DNA from: an uncultured Spirochaetota bacterium
GTDB lineage: Bacteria; Spirochaetota; Spirochaetia; SZUA-6; Fen-1364
DNA: 31,127 bases
Assembly (NCBI GenBank): GCA_963745235.1
Contig: CAVUXE010000020.1
Coordinates: forward strand, 1-31,127
Reading direction: 5' to 3'
In this document: in pieces, positions 8,504 through 20,200 of the stretch
Layout of the letters: each line of letters opens with the position of its first letter
Position numbering within the stretch: the first letter of the stretch is position 1
The notes under the pieces: generated by a model
Databases searched by the model: none
Seen by the model: only the letters and a program-made list of their open reading frames with translations
Told to the model about the DNA's origin: nothing
Program-made: the position numbers and the translations under genes

Positions 8504-9907
8504 GTGGATTGTCGACTGGCGCTGCCCATAGCAGCAGCGGCCTGGCTCCTGTTGTCTGCCGGGCCGGCAATCCCCGCGGAATCTTTCACGGAGGAGCAGG
8601 CGGTGGAGCGTGGAATGGCCACATCCCGTGATCTTGCCTACCAGAGCGCCATCCTTTCTGCAACAGAGCTCAGCTTTGCGCTGGGCATCCGGGAATACTT
8701 TCCGCGATTTTCGGTTGGCTATGATGAAAATACCACGATCGCTCTGAGATCGCCTGACACGCGCGGAAAGTCCATCTCTTTCACCGCCACCCAGCCGCTG
8801 CTTCGAGGAGGGGTCAAGCCGTACGAGCGGGGTCTCGCGCGCATGGATCTGGCTCTCTCGCGGGAGGAGTTGGAGCAGAAATATCGCATCCTGGAATGCG
8901 ACCTGAGGCGGATGTTCGCCTCCATCCTCGTTGCAGAAATGAAACGAAGCATCCTTATTCGGACAATCGCCCTGGCCCAGCAGAACATAGATATTCTTGC
9001 CACTCACGTGCGCCTGGGGGGCGCGCTGGACCTGGACCATGCCCAGGCGCAACTGGAGCGTCTATCGCTGGAGATCACGCTATCCGAGACTGAAGCGTCA
9101 CTGGAGGACTCGCGCTACCAGATGAAGAAGCTCCTTTCACTGGATCCCGCAACGTCCCTTGAGCTGCAGGGAGCCCTGGACAGGGGTTACACGGGCCTGG
9201 ACCTGGCAGGAATGGAAGACGCTCTTTTTTCGATGGCGGCAAGCTTCAGCCCTGCCCTCAAGCGCCAGGGAATTGCGGTGCAGAAGGCAGCCATTCAGGT
9301 CCAGGCCGCGACTTTTCCTTTCATTCCCAACGTCGACCTCGAGGTTTCAGCAAGCTTCACGGGTGAGCAATTCCCCCTGAGAAACCCCCAGTACGGCGGC
9401 AAGCTCACGTTCTTTTTTGCAGTCCCCGAGTCGCCAACAACGTACACGGGGGGCGTCTCGTCGACGCCTGGCAGGGACAAAGGAGGAAGTCTCTCCGTGA
9501 AGACTTCCCCACTGGAGAGCATCTCCGCGTGGGTCGACAGAAAGACGGCTGTTCTCTCCCTGGATGCCGAGGCGAGAAAGAAAGAGGAGGTTCTCCAGGA
9601 CCTGCGTTTCCAGGTCAAACGTCTGACAGCCTCGTACTCCCAGGCAAGGCGCGCCATTGAGCTGGCTGCCAGGAAGCTGGACGTGGAGCGCCGCAAGGAA
9701 GCAATTCTCCAACGGCAGATGGATCTCGGCGAGGTCAAACGGATCGACTACCTGCAAGGGGCAATAGAGACCGCAACTGCAGAGATTGATCTTGTCGAGT
9801 CGTATCTCCAACTCCTGGAAAGGGAGCATGACTGGGAGACACTTCTCGGCGTGCGACCGGGCGGGTTGCAGGCAATCATGCCAAAAGAAAGGGGTTCAAC
9901 GAAATGA
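8504..9907 (+). CDS. TolC-family outer membrane channel protein
   Basis: Signal peptide and two OEP repeats: 'YFPRFSV...ATQPLLRGG...VRLGGALDLDHAQAQ...MKKLL' and 'FIPNVDL...MDLGEVKRIDYLQ...WETLLG'. Confidence 0.88.
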   Translation: MDCRLALPIAAAAWLLLSAGPAIPAESFTEEQAVERGMATSRDLAYQSAILSATELSFALGIREYFPRFSVGYDENTTIALRSPDTRGKSISFTATQPLLRGGVKPYERGLARMDLALSREELEQKYRILECDLRRMFASILVAEMKRSILIRTIALAQQNIDILATHVRLGGALDLDHAQAQLERLSLEITLSETEASLEDSRYQMKKLLSLDPATSLELQGALDRGYTGLDLAGMEDALFSMAASFSPALKRQGIAVQKAAIQVQAATFPFIPNVDLEVSASFTGEQFPLRNPQYGGKLTFFFAVPESPTTYTGGVSSTPGRDKGGSLSVKTSPLESISAWVDRKTAVLSLDAEARKKEEVLQDLRFQVKRLTASYSQARRAIELAARKLDVERRKEAILQRQMDLGEVKRIDYLQGAIETATAEIDLVESYLQLLEREHDWETLLGVRPGGLQAIMPKERGSTK

Positions 9908-11250
9908 GCCTCCCAGCGAGGGTTGTTGTGGTGCTTGCTGCCACTGTGATGGCCTGCTCGTGTGCCAAGGGGAAACCGACAACGGTCCTCGATGAGAGAA
10001 TCCCCGTCAGCACGATCGTCATCAAGGATGAATCGGTGCCGCGGGAAGTCTCCAGCTTCGGCACCATAACCTTCACGCGAAAGATCGACATTTCCGCAAC
10101 GGTAGACGGCACCGTGGCGACGCTCCTTGTGAGGGAAGGTCAGCGCGTTCGTGAAGGCCAACACCTCCTTACCCTCAGGAACGTTCAGCTTGAGCTCAGG
10201 CGGCAACAGGCGTTGAGCGGCATTGATTCCGCCCGTTCTTCCCGGGAGCTGGCAGAGGCAAAACTCTGGGAGGGGGAGCTTGCCGTGGAAGCCCGAATGG
10301 TGGCCGTCGAAAGGACGGAGCTTGAACGGGAGCAGAAGCGGCTGGAGGTGGAGGATGCGGCTCAGACTCTTTCCAACAAGGAGGAACTCTCCAAGGTCGG
10401 CGGAGTCACCGCGGAAGCGCTTTCCGCGGTTCGTCTTCGTCTCCTGGCCGCAAAAAACGACTACGCAATGATTGACAAGGACCTGGTGTCGCGCCGGATC
10501 GGGTTGCGGGACGAAGACCTGAAGCGGGATGGTCTTATACCTGCGGCGGACCCTGTCACACGGACCCGCCAGGTTGTGCAGCTGAACACCAAGACCCTGA
10601 AAGCAGACGTGGAAGCGGCGAAGGCCCGATGCGAATCCGCCAAGCGGGATTGGGAGGCATCTGAAGAGCTCTTGAACGCGCTCGTCATAGACGCTCCTGC
10701 TGCGGGCATTGTCGGCGCAAAGTACGTTGAGCAGGGAGAGTACGTCGCGCAGAACGGGAAGATGCTCACGCTCATGGACACCAGCAACGTGTACGCTGCT
10801 CTTTTGGTCCAGGAGTCCGAAATGCCTCTCCTGCGGGAGGGCATGCGGGCGGATCTTTGCGTGGACGCCCTGTCGCCCAAGCCTCTGGCCGGCCGCGTGG
10901 ACACCATCTCCCCGACTGCGGATCCGCAGACGGGGGCGTTCCTTGTGAAGGCCTCACTCGCCAATCCGGCCGGCCGTCTGCGTCCGGGAATGTTCGTTCG
11001 CGCAACAATTACTTACGAAAAGCCGCAGGTGTCTCTTGTCGTGCCTGAAAAATGCATTCTTCAGAAAAAGGGTGGCTCAGCTCAGGTCTTCAGCGTCGTC
11101 AACGGCAAGGCATTTCTCAAGCAGATAACGATAGGGAGGGATTTGGGAGGCTCCTTCATAACGGAAAAAGGGCTTGCAAAGGGCGATGTCCTCATCGAGG
11201 CGCCCCCTCCGACACTACGGGAGGGAATGAATGTCGAGATATCGAAATAG
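9904..11250 (+). CDS. Periplasmic adaptor subunit (MFP) of an RND/TolC system, lipoprotein, with an extra-long helical hairpin
   Basis: Lipobox 'VMACSC'; lipoyl halves 'ISATVDGTVATLLVREGQRVREGQHLL' and 'IDAPAAGIVGAKYVEQGEYV'; 'LRPGMFV'; membrane-proximal 'LVVPEKCI...GLAKGD'. ATGA overlap with the TolC gene. Confidence 0.92.
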   Translation: MSLPARVVVVLAATVMACSCAKGKPTTVLDERIPVSTIVIKDESVPREVSSFGTITFTRKIDISATVDGTVATLLVREGQRVREGQHLLTLRNVQLELRRQQALSGIDSARSSRELAEAKLWEGELAVEARMVAVERTELEREQKRLEVEDAAQTLSNKEELSKVGGVTAEALSAVRLRLLAAKNDYAMIDKDLVSRRIGLRDEDLKRDGLIPAADPVTRTRQVVQLNTKTLKADVEAAKARCESAKRDWEASEELLNALVIDAPAAGIVGAKYVEQGEYVAQNGKMLTLMDTSNVYAALLVQESEMPLLREGMRADLCVDALSPKPLAGRVDTISPTADPQTGAFLVKASLANPAGRLRPGMFVRATITYEKPQVSLVVPEKCILQKKGGSAQVFSVVNGKAFLKQITIGRDLGGSFITEKGLAKGDVLIEAPPPTLREGMNVEISK

Positions 11251-12652
11251 CTTCATCACCGCTTTTCTTGTGATTCTTTGGGGCTGCTCGCTCATCTCTT
11301 TCGACAATCTCAGCGTGACTGTCTGGCCGCACAACCGAGACGCAATCCTGGAAGCCGGGGCATCTCCGTGGGTCGAGTTTCCGGACTCACCGGATCGCCC
11401 ATCTGTTCAGCGGCTCTTTTCCCTTTCAGCGCCTGACGGCCAGGTGTCGGGCAATTTCCGATGGGAAGGGCGGCGGATGTACTTCGATCCTGCTCCGGCC
11501 TTTCGGCCCGGCGTGCGACACGTGCTGTCTTTCCGCGGTCGTGTCACGCTGGAGAATGGGCAGGCATTCGATGCGAACGAGGAAGTGCCATTCTATGTCG
11601 GTCACCGGGGTCCTGGACCTGCTCTGGTCTCCGCCGACCCGGCAGACGGTGCGATCATAGGTATATCGCAGGCTCTTGTCCTGCGTTTCTCCTCGGCCAT
11701 CGACTCGAACAGCTTTTCCAGGGAGTTCGATCTGCAGCCTTCGGTGGAAGTCACAGTAGCCTGGGATTCTCTCAAGCAGCTAGCAGCTGTTTCCCCGAAG
11801 GATGCCTGGACAAACCTTGCAACGTATGCATGGACTGTCGGGAAAGACCTTGCAGCTCCCGACGGAACTCCGACAGGGATCGAGTATTCGGGAGAGTTCC
11901 GGGTGCAGGAGGACTCGACTGCACCCAGCGTAAGCTCAATAGCGCCGGCGTTGCGCGAGACTTTCGTCTCCACAGGCAGTGATCTTGGCCAAGCCGGCGC
12001 GGATGATGTTCTTCTCCTCACCTTTTCAGAGGACGTGCGCCAGGAAACTGTTGTTTCCGCTTTTTCTTTGAGTCCGGCCACTTTGGGCTCGTGGCTGAGA
12101 GTACGCCCCGCAGTATTCGCCTTCATGCCGCAGTCTCGCTGGGTAATGTCCCAGCCCTACACGCTCCGCATTGCGGCAACCGTGGAGGACCTGGCGGGCA
12201 ACAAGCTTGCCTTCCCCTATGAGGCGTCCTTCACGCCGAACATCCCTGTCCAAACGGTGCAGGCCATCAAGGCAGTCTATTCCTCGAGCGAAGACGAATG
12301 GACTGTTTTCAACCGTCTTGATGCGAAATCCGTTGCGGTGGACGTGGATGGAAACCTCCGGCTCGTCATCCGGTTCTCACAGCCGTATCCACCGGAGAAT
12401 GGGGCAAAGCTCGCTTCCGCCCTGCTGCTCGACGCATATTTCCCATCCTCCTTGGGAGACCCGTCGCTTGTCACTGCCCTCTGGACAGGTGGAACCACGC
12501 TTTCTCTTACCTATGCCGGACTCGAGAAAAGCACTGCGGAGTGCGGAAAGTTCTACAAGCTGACGCTGCCCGGCGGCTCGGCTTCATCGGACAATGGGTC
12601 AGGCTCATTCCTGAAGGAAGATGTATGGCTGTATTTCATCACAAACCAATGA
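11231..12652 (+). CDS. Lipoprotein with tandem bacterial Ig-like (Big_5/SbsA-type) domains
   Basis: Lipobox 'ILWGC'. Repeats such as 'PALVSADPADGA...LVLRFSSAID' and 'DSTAPSVSSIAP...LLTFSEDV...YTLRIAATVEDLAGNKL'. Confidence 0.85.
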   Translation: MSRYRNSFITAFLVILWGCSLISFDNLSVTVWPHNRDAILEAGASPWVEFPDSPDRPSVQRLFSLSAPDGQVSGNFRWEGRRMYFDPAPAFRPGVRHVLSFRGRVTLENGQAFDANEEVPFYVGHRGPGPALVSADPADGAIIGISQALVLRFSSAIDSNSFSREFDLQPSVEVTVAWDSLKQLAAVSPKDAWTNLATYAWTVGKDLAAPDGTPTGIEYSGEFRVQEDSTAPSVSSIAPALRETFVSTGSDLGQAGADDVLLLTFSEDVRQETVVSAFSLSPATLGSWLRVRPAVFAFMPQSRWVMSQPYTLRIAATVEDLAGNKLAFPYEASFTPNIPVQTVQAIKAVYSSSEDEWTVFNRLDAKSVAVDVDGNLRLVIRFSQPYPPENGAKLASALLLDAYFPSSLGDPSLVTALWTGGTTLSLTYAGLEKSTAECGKFYKLTLPGGSASSDNGSGSFLKEDVWLYFITNQ

Positions 12653-14163
12653 GGTTGCGATCTCTCTGCAAGGTCCTGGCGGCCGGCCTGTGCACAGGGC
12701 TTCTTGGCTGCTCCCTGTTTCTCGGTCTCGACGCCCTGAGGGTCACTGACTGGAGACCTCACGAAGCTCGGCTTGATGCAGCATCGGTGGACGAGATTTG
12801 GGTGGAGTTTTCCGCAGAGGTAGATGAGGCAAGAGCGGAGCAGGCCTTTTCCCTTTCAGAGAACGGTTCATCCATACCTGGAAGCTTTACGTGGAGCGGA
12901 AAGAGACTTCTATTCGCTCCTGCGCGTCCTGTTGGCGCGGGGAATGACTATGAGATAGCAGTCCTCTCATCCGCGGAGACCAGAGACGGCAACTCGCTGG
13001 CCAAGGACTTTCGGTTCGCTTTTTCGACCAAGGAAGAAACCGGGCAACCCACCATTGTCTCCTTTCAACCATCGGACGGCAGCATGGTGTCCATTCCGCG
13101 TGCCCCTGTTGTCATAAACTTTTCCGAGCCCGTTGATCACGCGTCCTTTATGGCTGCCTTCTCAGTCTCACCTGATCCCGGCGGGACAATCACTTTCAAC
13201 GCGAGCGGCTCGGTTGCCACTTTTGCGCCGCTCGCCGTTTGGATGCCCGGCACGGGGTACAGGGTTGTGATCTCCGACTTGCTGAAGGACCTTTCCGGAA
13301 ACCGGCTTCCTGCGGCGGTCACGTTCGGCTTTACGGCCGGCGCAGAGACAGGTCGGCCTTATCTTCTTTCGGTCCGACCAACTCTCAGCGGCATTCCGCA
13401 GGCAATCGCGCTGACTGCTCAAGATCCGAACGGCCAGACCCTCCAGATAAACTCCGGATTCGAGGCGAACTGGGGAATTGAGCTCCAGTTTTCAGAGCCA
13501 GTCCTCCGGGACAATATCGAATCTTTCATCGATTTCGAACCAGCGTGGGGGTCTCAGATCGATCCTTCCGGAACGCCCCGCGCAAACTACCTCCTTTCAC
13601 CCAAGGAGCTCTTCGTGTGGGGATCTTTCTACTGTTTGACAGTCAGGAAAGGGGTAATGGATATCAGCGGAAATGCAAGCTCCGTTGACACGCGATTCAT
13701 GATCAAGGCGGACGGACTCTCCACCAGGCCGCCCAGCGTGGAGCTGGTCAGGTTCCGCACCAATCCCGGCGACCCAAACCCGACATACGATGCATACACT
13801 GCCAGCAGCTCATTTTCGAACCTGAACCTTTCCAACTTTACTCCCGGTGTGGATGCGGTTTCCTGTTTCGATATCTATCTGCGCCTGGCCGATGGGGCAG
13901 CGGTGGACCCCTTCTCGCTCATGCACACATTTTCGGTGGCGGCGACCAACGGCGCTGCGCTCATTACGCCGATCGCGGTTGCTACCCAGGCTTTTACGGA
14001 CCCTCGACCGGTGCCCGTGTCCGGCCTTGCTCCCGCCAGGATATCCGTGAATATCACCAATACGGCAAACTCAGGTGTCGTTACTCTTGCGGTATCGAAC
14101 GGCCTGACCGACAGCAAGGGCAACAAAGCGGTGGCAGCATTCAGCCTGCCACTCCTGAAATAG
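12649..14163 (+). CDS. Second lipoprotein with tandem Ig-like (Big_5-type) domains
   Basis: Start reassigned to ATG 12649 (ATGA overlap), giving MRLRSLCKVLAAGLCTGLLGC (lipobox). Repeats such as 'PTIVSFQPSDG...VINFSEPVD...YRVVISDLLKDLSGNRL', 'LQFSEPV...VMDISGN' and 'LTDSKGN'. Confidence 0.85.
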   Translation: MRLRSLCKVLAAGLCTGLLGCSLFLGLDALRVTDWRPHEARLDAASVDEIWVEFSAEVDEARAEQAFSLSENGSSIPGSFTWSGKRLLFAPARPVGAGNDYEIAVLSSAETRDGNSLAKDFRFAFSTKEETGQPTIVSFQPSDGSMVSIPRAPVVINFSEPVDHASFMAAFSVSPDPGGTITFNASGSVATFAPLAVWMPGTGYRVVISDLLKDLSGNRLPAAVTFGFTAGAETGRPYLLSVRPTLSGIPQAIALTAQDPNGQTLQINSGFEANWGIELQFSEPVLRDNIESFIDFEPAWGSQIDPSGTPRANYLLSPKELFVWGSFYCLTVRKGVMDISGNASSVDTRFMIKADGLSTRPPSVELVRFRTNPGDPNPTYDAYTASSSFSNLNLSNFTPGVDAVSCFDIYLRLADGAAVDPFSLMHTFSVAATNGAALITPIAVATQAFTDPRPVPVSGLAPARISVNITNTANSGVVTLAVSNGLTDSKGNKAVAAFSLPLLK

Positions 14164-14172
14164 GCCGGGCTC

Positions 14173-17100
14173 ATGAGCGCGCTGATAGCCGCGGCCCTTC
14201 GTCATCCCGTTGGAACCATCATGATATTCATGGGCGCTATGATTCTAGGGCTCGCGGCCGCGGTAAACCTCCGGTTGGAGCTGCTTCCGGAGCTCGCCAT
14301 ACCGAGGCTTACCGTGTCCACGAGCTTCCCCGGGCCTTCCGGCCTCCGAGGTTAGATCTCTCATCACCATTCCTTTGGAGGATCAGCTTGCATCCGTGAA
14401 GAGCGTGAAGCGCGTGTTCTCCGTTTCCCGAGACAGCCTCTCCATCATCAGCCTGGAGTTTTCCTGGGGGGAGGACATGGTGTCCGCCGCGGTGCGGACT
14501 CGGGAGGGAATAGACGTTGCCTACGCTGCCCTTCCTTCGGAAGCTGGCAAACCGCAGGTGCTCCCCGCCGAAGCGGGGGAACGTCCCATAGCGATCATAG
14601 CAGTAAGACCGCGGGCCGGAGACCTCAGCTTTGCGCGCCGGCTGGGTGAACGGGAAATCAAGACGAGGCTTCAGCAAGTGGATGGGGTGGGATCCGTGGT
14701 CCTCTCAGGCGGTACCGTGGAGGAAGTGGTCGTCTCCGTGGACCAGTCTCTCATGGCTTCGAAAGGCTTGAGCCTGAATGACGTGGCAACGCTTGTCGCA
14801 AAGAACAACTATGATTATCCCACAGGCACGATAACGAAGGGAAATCTCGAATACCTGGTCAAGGCGTCAGGGACGGTCACTGATCTCGCGAGCCTCGGCC
14901 GGTTTCGTTTTGTCGGCAACCGTTCCGCGCTCAGACTTTCTGATATCTCCACCATCTCCCTGGCCCCGAGGGAACGGCTTTCCTTCTTCCAGGTTGATGG
15001 GTCCGAAGCCGTCGGCCTGAGCGTCATGAAAAGAAAAGGCGCGAGCCCGATCAAAGTCTCTGAAGGGTTGAAGCAGGAGGTGGCCAGGCTTGCCGCGGCA
15101 TATGGAAAGGACCTGGATATAAGCGTCGTCTCTGATGGCTCCCTATTCATCTCCGCTTCCCTTCGGAGCCTGGCTCTTTCGACACTAGGCAGGGTCCGCC
15201 ATCGCGTTCCTTGTCCTCATCGTCTTCCTTCGTGATATGAGGACCTCGGCTCTCCTCATGCTCTCTTTACCCATTGCAATCACCGTGACGCTGCTGGCGC
15301 TCCAGGTTTTCGGGAGGACGGTCAACATCATGTCCCTCGGGGGCCTTGCCCTCGCCATCGGGATGATCGTCGACAACAACGTCGTGATCCTGGAAAACCT
15401 CCAGAAACGACACCTTGGAGCTCGGGCTACCGCTGACAGCGTCCTGAGACACACCCTGGAGCTGGCGTCCTCCCGCCTGGGGTCTATGCTGACGCTGATC
15501 GTCGTCTTTCTGCCGGTCATCTTCCTCCCCGGTCTGCTCGGAGCACTTTTCACGGACCTCTCACTGTCCGTCATTTTCGCGCAGATCGCCTCCTTCCTGA
15601 CGTCGATATCGCTGATGCCGGTGCTTTTTCTGCTGCTGGAGCGCGGCTTTCCCCGAAGACGAAGGCAGGGCCGCCGGGCACTGCCTGACAGCATCTTCCG
15701 TCGCCTGCTCCTGATGTCGTTCAGGAAGCCGTGGACCGTTCCAGGCCTGGTAGTTGCGCTCACTGTCCTGGGCGTGCTCTGCGCCACCCGCCTCGGATTC
15801 GATTTCATGCCTGCCCAGGACACAGGCGAAATCGACGTGGCAATAGTGATGCCCTACGGGACTGCACTTGAGCGCTCGGCCGCCGTCAGCGCCGATGCCA
15901 CGCGGCTAATCCGCCGCATTCCCGATGTGCGCAGAGTCCACGCACGGGCCGGGGGCGAGCCTGAGGATGCCCAGTACTATGCTGATCCCGAAGAGCGTCG
16001 GGAGATCATTCACCTCTCTGTGGCCCTGAACAATCCACGTGTTCATCCGACTGCTTCGATTGCAGAAGCAATCAGGTCATCCCTCGTGATTGATTCGGCG
16101 GAAGTGAGTGTTGCGCTTCCCGGCTCTGTCATCGCTCCCCTTCTCGGTCTTGGCGCACAGGGGCGCGCAATCGTGGTCAGGGCGACCACGCAGGAGGAGG
16201 CTCGGCGCAGAGCGCAAACCATCTCCGCGCGGTTCGCACGCGGGGCGCAGGGAAAGCAGCTTGCTTCCCGCGTGACCGTTCAGCCGAAAGGGGAGACCAC
16301 CGAGGTTCGGCTGATCCCCGACAGGGACGCGATCACTCAGGCTGGATTGTCCCTCTCCGACCTTGCTGAAACAGTGCGAAATGCGATAACGGGAACGTAC
16401 CCCTCCCGTATGAGCATGGAAGGGCGGGAGCTCGATGTGCGCGTTCGCGTGGACCGGCGCCAGACATCTCGCCCCGAGGATTTGCCGGCGATCGTCGTGG
16501 GGACCCCTGAGGGCTCAGCGGCCCGGCTTTCAGCGTTGGTGCAGCAGCATTCCGAGTCGGCAGTGCCGGCTCTCTACCGCCGCGACAGAGCGGACGCCGT
16601 GATTGTGAATGTCGAGCCGGCTGCCGGCGGGAACCCCGGGGTGGCCGCTGAGATCGGCTCTCTGGAGAGGCGCTACGATTGGCTGAGGTCCGTTGAAGGT
16701 TCAGTCCTGACAGAGAACATCTCCTCCCTGATAGTGGCTTTTGCCCTGGCACTCGCGCTCCTCTACCTTGTCCTTGGCGCCCAATTTGAGTCGTTCCTCC
16801 TGCCAGCCCTCCTGCTGACAGCTCTTCCCCTTTCGTTCTCTGGAATAAGCCTTGCGCTGGCGCTTTCAGGAAAGCCAATCAGTTTTGACTCCGCCCTGGG
16901 AATCATCGTGCTGTTCGGTATCGCGGTCAACAACTCCATTATTCTCTATGAGACGTACTCCGCCCGCAGAAAATCGGGAGTCCCTCTCCTGGCCGCAATC
17001 TATCAGGGCACATCGGACCGAATGCGTCCCATCCTGATCACCATGCTCATTACCGTTCTTTCTCTTCTGCCAATCGCAATCGACTTCTCTCACACATCCG

Positions 17101-17225
17101 CGGAGAGCGGAATGGCCGTTGCCATTATTGGAGGTCTGTTCGTATCGACCATTCTCACGCTGTTCGTGCTGCCGCAGCTTTTTGCCCTCTACTTCCGCCG
17201 GAGCAGGCGACGTGGGAATCGCTAG
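14173..17225 (+). CDS. RND (AcrB-superfamily) permease 1, about 1,016 aa after repairing two +1 frameshifts
   Basis: N-terminus 'ALRHPVGTIMIF...LELLPEL..P'. Repair at ~14335 gives 'FPGLPASEVRSLITIPLEDQL'; repair at ~15189 gives 'TLAGSAIAFLVLIVFLRDMR'. Motifs 'NIMSLGGLALAIGMIVDNNVVILEN', 'AQFES', 'GIAVNNSII' and 'RMRPILIT'. Confidence 0.92.
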
Positions 17226-20200
17226 CCTGTACCGCAGGCCGGTTGCCTCCGCCACTGGCCTTCTCATCGTCCTCATCGTTTCGGGGGCAGTCATTGCGGG
17301 GACGCGTCTCGGCCCCTCCGGAGGAGAGGAAGGTGCCGCCTTCTCCGTCATTGTCGAGCATTTCGGAGTGAGTGCCAGAGAGATCGAGAGGACCATTACA
17401 CGCCCTTTGGAGGATGCCGCAGGCACTTTGCAGGGCTTGAAAAGCCTCCGTTCCATGTCGGAGTATGGCTCCTCGCGCGTCACCGCCTTCATGAGACCAG
17501 GGGCCAACAGCCGGGAAACGTATCTCCAGCTTCGAGATGCAGTGGACCGCGTGTACAGCGAGCTCCCAGAGTCAGTTCAACGTCCAAGGATACTCGCATC
17601 CGGGGAAGAAGCGCGCCCTGTCTTTATCGCCTCCGTGCGTTCTTCTTCAATGGAATTCGCTGATCTGGCCACCATGCTGGAAAAAGAGCTCAAACCCTCG
17701 CTGGAAAGAATCGAGGGCGCGAGCGAAGTAGAGGTGGGAGGCGGATCACCGCGGGAGATCCACGTTGAGCTTGATGAGAGGCGAGCCTCACGGGCGGGTC
17801 TGGATGCCGCCTCGGTTGCCCGGGCAATCCAGTCCAGCGAGCTTCTGGCTCCGCTCGGCACGGTCCGGGAAGAAGGGAACGAGCTATCCGTCGTCCTTTC
17901 CGGCAGATTGGGGGACCTGGCGGCGCTCAGCGGCTTGCATGTCCCTGCCGCGGAAAGCAGTATGGCACTCAGCTCCCTGGCAAAGGTTGAATACGCAGCC
18001 CGGGAGCGGGATGAGATCAACCGGGTGAACGGGACCGAAAATGCCGTGCTTGCAGTGAAGAGCACAGGGGGAGCCAACCTTATCGAGCTTTCCCATGCAA
18101 TTCGCAGTGAGTCAAAGAGGTGGGAAAAGAAGGGGCTTGCGTTCGACATCATCCTGGATGCGGGGGCAGCGCTGGAGAAATCCCTTCGAAGCATTCTGGA
18201 AGCCATACTCTTTGCGGTTCTCGTCTCCGCTGCCACATTGCCCATTTTCATCTCCGGCGCGCGTCGGATTCTTGTCTTGTCCGCGTCGATACTTGTGATC
18301 GGTTTTGCGAGCGCGGCTGCGATCTCAGCGGTCGGGTTCAGTCTTGATACCTACATCCTCTCGGGGCTTGCCATCGGGATTGGAACCATGATCGATACCG
18401 GTATCATCATCGCCGGCCGGGCGATGCCGGGCATGAGCCGGGATGCATACTTCGCGGACGTGGAGCGCATCATCCCCGCTCTCCTCTCTTCCACACTGAC
18501 GGCTCTTATCGTGCTGATACCCCTCCTGGCCCTTGATTTCGGCGGCGGAGGGATCCGAGAAGTATCGCTGTCCCTGGCGGCCTTGATGGGGATTTCATTC
18601 GTTCTCTCATGTCTGTTCCTTCCGTCCTATGCAATTGGGACGCGAAAGGGCAGGCGCAACGGTGTGCACAAGCAAAAATCTGCAAGAGGCCCCATACATG
18701 CCATTCGCCGCAGCGCGCAATGGATCGCCAGGCGAATCATTACCGCCTGTGCTGCTCGTTTCACATGGCCGCTGGTAGCCGGGGCAGGCCTGGCCGCGCT
18801 CGGAATATGGGCGGTTGCATCCATCGGCATCGACCTGGATCCTCCGCCGCAGACAGATTCCATTCCCGTCCATGTTGAATGCGAAAGCGGAGCCTCCATC
18901 GAGTCCGTGGATGCCTGGACGTCTTCATTCAGCTCCCGGCTGCAAAAGACTCGGGGAGTATCAGTAGTCCAGAGCACAGCCAGGCGCGGGAGCGCAGAAG
19001 TGGAAGTGGGCTTCAACGCATCTCTCGTAAATCGCGAGGTCCTATCGAAAGCAATCAGGACGGACGGGCGCGGCATCCCCGGGGGGTTTGCTTATCTCCC
19101 CGAGGGTGTCGGAGCGACAGAGAGGGCTTTGGAAATCGCAATCACTGGTGATGATGATGCCACACTCAAGGAGTATGCGTCACAAGCTGCGCAGCTTCTC
19201 GGGGGGGAAAGCAAAGTGAAGGAGGTCGTTCTCAACTTCAAGGAGCCGGCACCTTCCTATGTGTTCAAGGTTGATCCAGAGCGTGCCGCCGCAGCCGGAG
19301 CTACCGCCGAAGCGGTGGCTGGCGCATTGCGCTGGCATCTGTACGGCCCTGTCGCCCTCAAATGGATATGCGAAGAAAGGGAGATGGACCTCCGAGTCAT
19401 GGGCACGCGGAGCACGGAGCCAACTCTCCTTGACCTCGCCAAGGTCCCTGTGCCAACCGGAAACGAAAGCACGGTGCCTGCTCAGGCAACGGGGGGGTTT
19501 TTCCTGTCGGGGGAGGGAGGCAAGCTCTATCGGTTGAACCGGCAGCGGGTGGTCTACCTGACCGCGCACATGGAAGCGGGGGACATCGGGCAGATAGTGC
19601 GTGGGGTCGAAAAGACCCTCAGTTCCCTGAGCATGGCGCCCGGGTACGCGCTCGAGGTTGGAAGAGATCTGGTGGAGCAGGCGGAGCGGTTTCAGACCCT
19701 GTGGGTGACATTTGCTTTATGCACAATGCTTGTCTATCTGGTCCTGGGCATTCTCACCGAGTCATTCCTCTGGCCGCTTGTCATCCTTGCCGTCCTTCCC
19801 GCCTCTATAACCCTCCCGCTCATCATTATGAAGCTGACCGGCCAGCGCCTGGTGGAGCCAGTCCTCATTGGTCTGATCGTGTTGAGCGGGATGGCGGTGA
19901 ATAATTCCATCCTCATTGTGGATGCCTATCGCGCGGGAAGCCGGGCAAGGGAGGCCAGCGCGCGGAGGGCGTGGCTCTCGGCGTTCTGCGGCTGGTCTCA
20001 GTGCAGTGACGGATGCTGTCCTTTCGCGTCTCTCAGCCCTGACTGCCACATCCGGGGTAACGGTCCTCAGTCATTTCCCCCTTCTTTTTGCAGCCGGGCA
20101 GGGGGCAGCTTTCATGCGGTCCCTCGCGTTTGTCATAATTTGGGGCATCGCCGGGTCATATGCGGCCACTGTTTTCCTCACCCCGGCTCTGCTGAGCCTG

